Origin: Candidatus Thorarchaeota archaeon
GTDB lineage: Archaea; Asgardarchaeota; Thorarchaeia; Thorarchaeales; Thorarchaeaceae
NCBI GenBank assembly: GCA_038893995.1
Contig: JAWAQK010000056.1
Span: forward strand, 1-14,439
Direction of reading: 5' to 3'
Length of the DNA: 14,439 nucleotides
Shown here: piece after piece, positions 7,728 through 14,439 of the stretch
Position numbering within the stretch: position 1 is the first letter of the stretch
Layout: each line of letters starts with the position of its first letter
Position numbers and translations under genes: made by a program
The notes under the pieces: generated by a model
The model's database searches: none
What the model was told of the DNA's origin: nothing
Seen by the model: only the letters and a program-made list of their open reading frames with translations

Positions 7728-9311
7728 ATGTCTGCACGAGGCTGTTCCGGCAGGTCGGATGTACTGGCACGTGAGGGAATGGTTGCAACATCTCAGCCGC
7801 TCGCGACACAGGCTGGCATTGCAGTCCTCATGATGGGAGGTAATGCAGTAGATGCTGCGGTCGCAGCCGCGGCCGTGCTCGGAGTAGTCGAACCATTCTC
7901 GACAGGATGCGGTGGTGATGCGTTCGGTCTTGTTCACGAACCCGGTGCGTCACGACCCATTGCATACAACGGGTCAGGCATATCTGGCTCAGGCACCACA
8001 CTCGACGAACTCAGGAGAAAATACTCCAGTATCCCGGCCAGGGGCGGACCCCCTGTCACAGTGCCCGGGGCCCTGCATCTCTGGGCCACCCTCATCGACC
8101 GTCATGGGGCGCTGGAACTTGCTGACGTCCTCCAGCCCGCCATACGTTATGCGAGGTCTGGCTTTCCTGTGTCGCCGATTGTCTCTCGCACATGGGCGTC
8201 CGCTACAGGCGCTCTGGTCAACGATTCAGCGAGACGAACATTCCTGAGGGGGGATCGGCCTCCAGCGACAGGAGATGTCATGTCCAATCCTGACCTTGCA
8301 GTCACGTACGAGAGGATTGCCGAGGAGGGCGTAGATGTCTTCTATCGGGGCGACATGGCTGAGAAGATTGTCGAGACAGTCCGTGAGCATGGTGGCTTCC
8401 TGACAATGGAGGACATGAAACGACAGACCACCGAAGAGACCGTTCCCATCTCGATAGACTACAGAGGCATAGATGTGTTCGAGCACGGCCCCAATGGTCA
8501 GGGGTTTGCAGTCCTCGAGATGTTGCGAATCATGGAGGAGTATGACCTACCGGCATTTCCCCTGTACAGTCCCGACCGTTATCACATCATGCTCGAGGCC
8601 AAGAAACTCGCCTATGCGGACCTGTATCAACACAATGCCGATCCACATTTCTACAGGGTCCCTCTAGATATGCTGCTCTCCCGGGAATATGCCAAGAGGA
8701 GGCGTATGAGCATCGACATGACCAGAGCGATGCCAATACCCTGCTCCGGGGTTGGTGTCGCGTGCGATACCGTATACCTTGCAGCCGCAGACGCGTCTGG
8801 CAGGGCGGTGTCCCTGATAAACAGCCTCTACATGGCGTTTGGCAGTGGTCTAGTCGTACCCGGTACAGGCATACTGCTTCAGAATAGGGGGACCCTGTTC
8901 TCTCTAGACCCGCTTCATCCCAACCATTACGCACCCAACAAGAGACCATTCCACACGATCATCCCCGGAGCCCTCTACAGGGATGGTGATCTGATGGGAG
9001 TCTTCGGGGTCATGGGCGGTGATCATCAGGCGCAGGCCCATGCTCAGGTAGTGTCCAATGTGGTCGACCATGGTCTCGGTCCACAGATGGCAATCGATCA
9101 TCCACGCTTTCACCATGACCAGGCCACAGACACGCTAGTCCTCGAGATGGGTCATCCACGTCGACTCCTGACCGAACTCAGGAGACGCGGTCATAATCTC
9201 ATCCCCAATGAGGGTAGGCTGTTTGGCGGCGGTCAGATGATACTGAGACAAGACAGTATCTGGGTGGCCGGTTCTGACAGGAGAAAGGATGGACAGGCGT
9301 GCGGTTTCTGA
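7728..9311 (+). CDS. ggt: Gamma-glutamyltransferase family Ntn-hydrolase (YwrD-like subfamily)
   Basis: GMVATSQPLA, GGNAVDAAVA, VVEP..TGCGGDAF, VTVPG, autocleavage nucleophile Thr in DTVYL (codon 8769-8771), FGSG, LQNRG, KRPFHTIIP, GVMGG, SDRRKDG. Confidence 0.93.
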   Translation: MSARGCSGRSDVLAREGMVATSQPLATQAGIAVLMMGGNAVDAAVAAAAVLGVVEPFSTGCGGDAFGLVHEPGASRPIAYNGSGISGSGTTLDELRRKYSSIPARGGPPVTVPGALHLWATLIDRHGALELADVLQPAIRYARSGFPVSPIVSRTWASATGALVNDSARRTFLRGDRPPATGDVMSNPDLAVTYERIAEEGVDVFYRGDMAEKIVETVREHGGFLTMEDMKRQTTEETVPISIDYRGIDVFEHGPNGQGFAVLEMLRIMEEYDLPAFPLYSPDRYHIMLEAKKLAYADLYQHNADPHFYRVPLDMLLSREYAKRRRMSIDMTRAMPIPCSGVGVACDTVYLAAADASGRAVSLINSLYMAFGSGLVVPGTGILLQNRGTLFSLDPLHPNHYAPNKRPFHTIIPGALYRDGDLMGVFGVMGGDHQAQAHAQVVSNVVDHGLGPQMAIDHPRFHHDQATDTLVLEMGHPRRLLTELRRRGHNLIPNEGRLFGGGQMILRQDSIWVAGSDRRKDGQACGF

Positions 9312-9343
9312 CGGCAGACTGAAATCTGTCCTCTGTGTCATTG

Positions 9344-10837
9344 ATGGCGGCGAGTCAGCTGATGAGTCAGGACTACCGAGAAGAGAGCGACCTGCTTGGT
9401 GTGCGGAAGGTTCCGCGTGACGTATACTGGGGCGTACAGACACTCAGGGCCATAGAGAACTTTGGTGTCTCGAACATTCCCCTGAGCAACTATCCTGTGC
9501 TCGTGAGGTCTCTGGCAATGGTCAAGAAGGCATGTACACTTGCCAACAGGGACCTCCAGCTCCTGCCCGACGACTACTCGTCTGCGATAGTTCAGGCCTG
9601 CGACGAGGTCATTGGTGGTGCACTGCTGGACCAGTTTGTCGTGGACATGATGCAGGGAGGCGCTGGAACATCGACAAACATGAACATGAATGAGGTGCTT
9701 GCATCGAGAGCCAACGAGATACTTGGCGAGAGTAGGAACTCGCTTGAACCGGTCAGTGCCAATGACCATGTGAACATGAGTCAGTCCACGAACGACGTGT
9801 ACCCCACCGCTGTCAAGATCGCCACGATCTTTGAGCTGAATGGTCTCTCGTCGCGGCTTCAGCTGCTCACCGAGGAGCTCGACAAGAAGGCAGAGGAATT
9901 CAAGGACCTGCTCAAGATAGGGCGCACCGAGATGCAGGATGCGGTCCCCATCACACTGGGTCAAGAGTTCTCAGCGTGGTCTGCTGCACTGAAGCGAGAT
10001 CAGGCTCGGATAGACTCGGCAGTGAGAGTCCTAGAAACGCACAACATTGGTGCAACCGCGATAGGCACCTCCCTCAACGCTGACCCAGAATACATACTGC
10101 TTGCCGAGCGCCACCTGCGAGAGGTGACGGGCATAGAGGGTCTCACCAGGGCAGAGAACCTCATTGACGAGACTCAGAACTGTGATGAGTTCGTTCACGC
10201 GTCGGGGCTGCTAAAGGTACTTGCAACAAACCTTGCCAAGATCTGCGGCGACCTCATGCTGCTATCGTCAGGTCCCATCGGTGGTTTCCGAGAGATATTC
10301 CTCCCGCCCATGCAGCCCGGCTCTTCGATAATGCCTGGCAAGGTCAACCCTGTCATATGCGAGATGGTCATGCAGGTGGCCTTTCAAGTCATAGGTCATG
10401 ACCACGTGATATCGATGGCGGCCCAGGCGGGTCAACTCGAGCTCAATGCGTTCGGTCCCCTGATTGCGCACAACTTCTTCCAGGCACTCAAGTTGATGAA
10501 TAACGCTCTCCCCATCTTTGCTGAGAAATGCGTGAGGGGAATACGCCCGAACCCCGATGGGTTGAATGCGGTCTACCGTAGTGTTGGACTTGTCACAGCA
10601 CTGAATCCCGTACTCGGCTACAAGGTCACCAGTCGGATCGCTAGAAAGGCCTTGGAGAGTGGGCGCCCGGTGCGTGAGATAGTCCTTGAAGAGGGACTGA
10701 TTGACCCAGACCTCTTGGAGCTGCTACTCTCTCCACGAAGGATGACACAGGGTGGACTGCTCGCGCACACCCGACTCGCGACTCGGGGTGCCACACAGGG
10801 AGCCGATCCTGGCAGGGCAGATCGTGGACGCGGGTGA
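9344..10837 (+). CDS. aspA: Aspartate ammonia-lyase (fumarase/aspartase superfamily)
   Basis: YWGVQTLRAIENF, QGGAGTSTNMNMNEV (aspartase-type rather than FumC GSGT), HVNMSQSTNDVYPT, signature GSSIMPGKVNP, AGQLELN. The start is ATG 9344 or ATG 9362. Confidence 0.92.
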   Translation: MAASQLMSQDYREESDLLGVRKVPRDVYWGVQTLRAIENFGVSNIPLSNYPVLVRSLAMVKKACTLANRDLQLLPDDYSSAIVQACDEVIGGALLDQFVVDMMQGGAGTSTNMNMNEVLASRANEILGESRNSLEPVSANDHVNMSQSTNDVYPTAVKIATIFELNGLSSRLQLLTEELDKKAEEFKDLLKIGRTEMQDAVPITLGQEFSAWSAALKRDQARIDSAVRVLETHNIGATAIGTSLNADPEYILLAERHLREVTGIEGLTRAENLIDETQNCDEFVHASGLLKVLATNLAKICGDLMLLSSGPIGGFREIFLPPMQPGSSIMPGKVNPVICEMVMQVAFQVIGHDHVISMAAQAGQLELNAFGPLIAHNFFQALKLMNNALPIFAEKCVRGIRPNPDGLNAVYRSVGLVTALNPVLGYKVTSRIARKALESGRPVREIVLEEGLIDPDLLELLLSPRRMTQGGLLAHTRLATRGATQGADPGRADRGRG

Positions 10838-10912
10838 CACCGGCCGGGGGTTGACCGAAGACGCCCACACGATCCGACTCATGACTGAATCGCCCAGGTA
10901 TGTTCGTCGGAC

Positions 10913-11089
10913 ATGAGGAATCCAGTCCCAGTCCGCATCATGTCGGACAACTGGCCGAATACATGCACTTTGACGGAATATGTGACTCGAGATCTCCGAT
11001 GGCTAGTGGCATATTGCCATCGAGAATGGTTGGCGGAACCGCCCGACTGCAGGAGTTGTGCCACGTGCCTCAGGCCGGTCCGCCGGTAG
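10913..11089 (+). CDS. Small Cys-rich protein (58 aa; 49 aa from ATG 10940), putative metal/Fe-S binding
   Basis: Manual translation: MRNPVPVRIMSDNWPNTCTLTEYVTRDLRWLVAYCHREWLAEPPDCRSCATCLRPVRR*. It has CxxCxxC plus two more Cys and a His, and is co-oriented with both flanking genes. Below the ORF-track size cut-off; no clear RBS. Confidence 0.45.
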   Translation: MRNPVPVRIMSDNWPNTCTLTEYVTRDLRWLVAYCHREWLAEPPDCRSCATCLRPVRR

Positions 11090-11303
11090 ACCCGTCATGT
11101 CTGTCACTGCAGTACCCCTCGCATAGGCACCGCAGTACTCCTCCTTCTTCTTGGCGTGCCTCGGGATCAAGACTGAATCCCGCGCGGGCGGCGCTAAGGT
11201 CCTGATCGGACTGCGCTCTACATCAATTCTGTTGTGTGGCTCGGCACACTTCAACCAGAAACCCTAAAGAGATTGATCTCCAAGAGTCACGAGACGAGCA
11301 CCC

Positions 11304-12161
11304 ATGGCGCAGAAACCTCAGCCCCGTGGTGGGGATGTAGTCTACAGAGTCCTCTCCCAAGACCTCTACTCGACTGCCCTGCATGGTGATCAGGTCGGCA
11401 TAAGACAAGACGAGCAGTGGAGGGCCAAGAGTAGGCAGTTCACATCGGATGCACGGATCATCGGGAAGATTCAGGAGTCCGCCCGGTCCAAGCCCTCCGA
11501 GAAGCTGAGTCCCCTTACGAAGACTGGCTTCATCGTCATACGCGAATCGACCTGGTCACAGGAGAAGGACCCAAACTCCCGTCGTCTGACCATGAAGCTG
11601 TTCTCGAGCAGCGGAAACTGGCTGGCATCGATTGAAGAGATGCTGGCTGAAGAGTATGCTGTGAGCTACGTGTCTGGAGTACCGCAGATTGTGTGTTCAG
11701 TCCTAGTCAGCGGCAGCGACATCGTGACATACATAAGGCAGCAACGCCGTGGCGCAATGGCCGTTGAGGGGTATTCGTTCTATGTGCCGGGGCCAGACGG
11801 TTCATTCCAGGTGTTTTCCGTAGTCGGCAAGAGGGCCACTGCTGGAGATGACTTCAACGTAGTCATGCTCGAGAACGAGGTGGTGGTTGCAGAGATCGAC
11901 AGCAAGTTCGGCGATGTGGGCGGAGAGTTCGTGGTCAGCATCAAGGACTCAATATTGGCCAACAATGATCTCTTCGTTCGGGTCCTGCAGTGTTTCTCAC
12001 TGGTCGTGAGATACAGGAAGGAGATCTGGAACAAGATAGGACGTGGTCTTGAAGAGTGGACGAAGGGAAAGAAGCGGCCGATACAACATAAGTATGAGGT
12101 CAGTCTCTTGGCAAATCCCCGAAGAATCACCCTGAAGAGAGACGAGCTGGAAGAGGTCTGA
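11304..12161 (+). CDS. Hypothetical protein, probable Tubby C-terminal / LURP-one / scramblase-like beta-barrel
   Basis: Series of amphipathic beta-strands ending DFNVV...VVAEIDSKFGDVGGEFVVSIKD, followed by a hydrophobic helix (LFVRVLQCFSLVV), as in the LURP-one/Tubby C-terminal pattern. The CDS is well supported; the fold call is tentative. Confidence 0.6.
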   Translation: MAQKPQPRGGDVVYRVLSQDLYSTALHGDQVGIRQDEQWRAKSRQFTSDARIIGKIQESARSKPSEKLSPLTKTGFIVIRESTWSQEKDPNSRRLTMKLFSSSGNWLASIEEMLAEEYAVSYVSGVPQIVCSVLVSGSDIVTYIRQQRRGAMAVEGYSFYVPGPDGSFQVFSVVGKRATAGDDFNVVMLENEVVVAEIDSKFGDVGGEFVVSIKDSILANNDLFVRVLQCFSLVVRYRKEIWNKIGRGLEEWTKGKKRPIQHKYEVSLLANPRRITLKRDELEEV

Positions 12162-12174
12162 GGGGCTGCGTCCT

Positions 12175-13086
12175 CTATCCTGCGGTCCCCTGACTCCGGC
12201 GGTCTCCCGATATGACTCCGTCTAGAATGGCAAGGGTCTCTTGAGACTCCAGGTCTGGTGTCTCCATCAAGATGTCGCGAAGCCGGGTGCAGTGTTCCAG
12301 CAGCTCATCTTGCTTCAATATATTGTCACTCTGACGTACGAGTGTCACGACATTCGTGGCATGCCTGCCGATACACTCTGGCGAACGGGTCACGGGTCCC
12401 AACCTCCAGTCCCTCAGCTCCTCAAGGTAGGCGATGTTTCGGTCTAGCAACGATGTGTCCGTGTGGACCGAGCTGTGGCCAGTCACCATGTAGTCCCAGT
12501 CCATCGTGGCATAACCCCGCAGAGTAGCAATGTATGTGCCTATGTCGAGTGAGTTGACATACGGAATTGGGTACTCCACGTTGTCTCCCACGAAGAGCAC
12601 CCGGTCCGACTCATCAACGCAGGAACACGAGTCGCTGGTGTGCCCCGGCGAGTGGAACAACCTGATATCAGCTGTCAGCCTCAGCTCGTTGCTGAATACC
12701 CGATTCGGCGGGCTGATCAGGACTCTTCCTCGCATGTGCGCCGAATATTGAGTGAGTGACCTCTGTCCCTCGTTCATGATTCGCTCCCGACATTCAGTGT
12801 GACCGATAATAGTGGCGTCCGTGAACAGGCAGTTGCCCCAGTAGTGATCGTAGTCCGCGTGAGAATTGAAGACATGGATGCGTGAAAGTGTTGCGCCAGA
12901 CTCTCTGAGGTGTTCCAACAGGGCAGCCATCGGCTCAGGTCCAACGGATGTATCACAGATCAGAGTGATCCTCCGGTCAGCTATGACGTACGAGTACATC
13001 TCGTAGGGGTCTGAGAATCTGAAGACGATTCCCCTGTGGCCAACGTACTGAACGTTCACTTCATTCTCAGCTCTCGTTCGAGGCAC
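12175..13086 (-). CDS. MBL-fold metallo-hydrolase (glyoxalase II/cyclase-like)
   Basis: ICDT, NSHADYDHYWGN (HxDxDH variant), IIGH, HSPGHTSD, LFVGDN, VTGH, plus a helical C-terminal extension. Start uncertain (GTG 13086 or GTG 13056). Confidence 0.88.
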   Translation of the reverse strand: MPRTRAENEVNVQYVGHRGIVFRFSDPYEMYSYVIADRRITLICDTSVGPEPMAALLEHLRESGATLSRIHVFNSHADYDHYWGNCLFTDATIIGHTECRERIMNEGQRSLTQYSAHMRGRVLISPPNRVFSNELRLTADIRLFHSPGHTSDSCSCVDESDRVLFVGDNVEYPIPYVNSLDIGTYIATLRGYATMDWDYMVTGHSSVHTDTSLLDRNIAYLEELRDWRLGPVTRSPECIGRHATNVVTLVRQSDNILKQDELLEHCTRLRDILMETPDLESQETLAILDGVISGDRRSQGTAG

Positions 13087-13310
13087 ATGACACCGTCAGT
13101 GATCTTGCGCCTACTTGATTCTGAGTATCATTCTCCTGTGTGGACTCCCCACGGCACGAGAGGACCCTGTTGTGGGTATCATCACGTCCTGGTGGCAGAT
13201 CAGCAGGTCCAACAACCACGGGTCTATCGTCTCAGGTGACGATATGGCTTGTGTTCATCCCCTGGCTCTCTGGGCATCTACTCCAAAGTAGCCAGACGCC
13301 AGTCGTCCTC

Positions 13311-14372
13311 TCAACTGATGAGTTCCACGACACGCCTCCTGAAAGCTGCGTATTCAGAGACCATAGGGGCCCCTGAGATGAGCGACTCTCGGAAGTTCGA
13401 CTCAAACTCCAGCTGTAGCTGCCTCAGAATCTGTCTGAACCTTACGGTTTCTTTGTTGACGACGAGCAGGAAGGTCGTCAGGGGACCAGTCTCGACAAGG
13501 ATCTTTGCATCCCCATGATCTATTCGGTGTAGCTGCTTTGAGCTGGCAAGCAGCTCTTTCATGAGTGATAGTATTCCTGACATGGCCGATCCCACCAGTT
13601 CAGGATCGAGACCAGAGGCCTGCTCACGGAAGCGATGCAGAAAGATCAGGACTCCCTGTTGATCAAGGACGATCATGTCGTATGGTCGCGCTGCGCTTAT
13701 AGACAGCAGTCGGGGGTCACTGGCCACTGCCACCGAGACCAGGAATAGGCCCAGCGAATACGGCAGGACCCATGTACCACTCAACCATTCTAGACCTTCT
13801 ACGCTCTCGAGTACGACCCCGAGAGGTCCTGCGACGATCCATACCAAGAAGCCGAGGAAATAGAGCCTGGCGTATCGTCTCTGGACACTGGTGAGTTCAC
13901 TCCCCAAGACTGTGCGGCCGTACACCAGTATCTCAACGATCAGGATGGCGAATGCCACTGCCTCCAGTGCACTGACTGTGGGGGCGGACCAGGACTCCTC
14001 CATCAGCTCTCCCATCAACGCTGCTCCTGCAAGGGCCGTTACGACATATGATCTCACGGGTGCAGTGTCGAACTGGGAGTATATGATGGCGAAATACCAG
14101 CATAGGAAGCCTCCCACGACGAAGACAGAGAGCAATAGGTTTGACATCCAGATGGTCTTATCAGATATCTCCAGTCTCCAGTCCCTGAATGGCATGAATG
14201 TCTGGTCGAGTATGAGGTCGACCGCCATTGCGAAGAAGCAGGTGACTGCAATGCTGTATAGTAGCGCCGGCAGAAGGCGGCTGCGATACCATGACCTGAC
14301 TATCACTGTCAGTGCCATCAGGCTGAAGATAAGAGGTACCGCGAGATACGGGACTAACTCAGGATTCTGCAT
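13311..14372 (-). CDS. Seven-transmembrane protein with C-terminal longin-like domain
   Basis: Seven hydrophobic segments in aa 1-220. The C-terminal ~125 aa (13311-13685) read YDMIVLDQQGVLIF...DPELVGSAMSGILSLMKE...LHRIDHGDAKILVETG...FLLVV....FRQIL..L..EFE..F, the longin beta-beta-alpha-beta-beta-beta-alpha-alpha pattern common in Asgard archaea. AGGAG RBS at 14380-14384. Confidence 0.82.
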   Translation of the reverse strand: MQNPELVPYLAVPLIFSLMALTVIVRSWYRSRLLPALLYSIAVTCFFAMAVDLILDQTFMPFRDWRLEISDKTIWMSNLLLSVFVVGGFLCWYFAIIYSQFDTAPVRSYVVTALAGAALMGELMEESWSAPTVSALEAVAFAILIVEILVYGRTVLGSELTSVQRRYARLYFLGFLVWIVAGPLGVVLESVEGLEWLSGTWVLPYSLGLFLVSVAVASDPRLLSISAARPYDMIVLDQQGVLIFLHRFREQASGLDPELVGSAMSGILSLMKELLASSKQLHRIDHGDAKILVETGPLTTFLLVVNKETVRFRQILRQLQLEFESNFRESLISGAPMVSEYAAFRRRVVELIS

Positions 14373-14439
14373 CTGGTGTCTCCTAGTGTTTTCTCCTGTA
14401 AGGATTTCGGGACTCCACTCATATGTCTAGCTGTTGTCT

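Noticed and set aside
10835-10915. The aspA TGA stop and a second TGA at 10886 are in frame with the Cys-rich ORF (possible read-through fusion)
   Set aside because: It would need two read-through events, the intervening peptide is not protein-like, and aspartase is already complete. Frame coincidence has a 1-in-3 chance.
10883-11179. 9-bp direct repeat GACTGAATC at 10883-10891 and 11171-11179 as a target-site duplication around the small ORF
   Set aside because: No terminal inverted repeats or transposase; a single 9-mer pair is plausible by chance.
10838-11303. RNase P RNA, SRP RNA or tRNA in the long gap after aspA (GAGGAATCC at 10915; GCCGGGGG near 10843)
   Set aside because: No matching P4 3' strand or CR-II/III/V motifs for RNase P, no GGAAGGGAGCAG-type SRP helix 8, and no T-arm GTTCRA or cloverleaf on either strand.
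25-14430. Numerous alternative-frame and antisense ORFs in the track (e.g. 25-252, 478-882, 5116-5577, 5360-5884, 9338-9964, 10900-11205, 11003-11254, 13891-14430)
   Set aside because: They overlap better-supported genes or have Ser/Arg/Pro-rich shadow-ORF composition with no recognisable motifs.
1-14439. CRISPR array, IS element or prophage
   Set aside because: No regularly spaced repeats, terminal inverted repeats, transposase, integrase or virion genes were seen.

Overview
Gene-dense, moderately GC-rich archaeal chromosomal segment, most likely from an Asgard archaeon (Thorarchaeia-like). This placement is inferred from an archaeal Sec11-type signal peptidase, TATA-like boxes, AGGTGA/AGGAG ribosome-binding sites and a membrane protein carrying a longin-like domain. 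From left to right: the 5' part of a PLP-dependent kbl/bioF-family gene (missed by the ORF track), a membrane-anchored DUF4332-like protein, an MFS transporter, a divergent BrxD/DUF2791-like AAA+ ATPase with an extra C-terminal domain, signal peptidase I, a hypothetical protein, a histidine phosphatase, a likely operon (CstB-like persulfide dioxygenase-rhodanese, GGT-family Ntn-hydrolase, aspartase), an unannotated 58-aa Cys-rich ORF in a hairpin-rich gap, a Tubby/LURP-one/scramblase-like protein, an MBL-fold hydrolase and a 7-TM + longin fusion. No rRNA, tRNA, CRISPR array or mobile element was seen. The best candidates for undescribed biology are the 7TM-longin receptor-like protein, the Tubby/scramblase-like protein, the orphan ATPase and the sulfur/amide operon with its small Cys-rich ORF. 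All family calls are by-eye motif recognition; no database searches were run.
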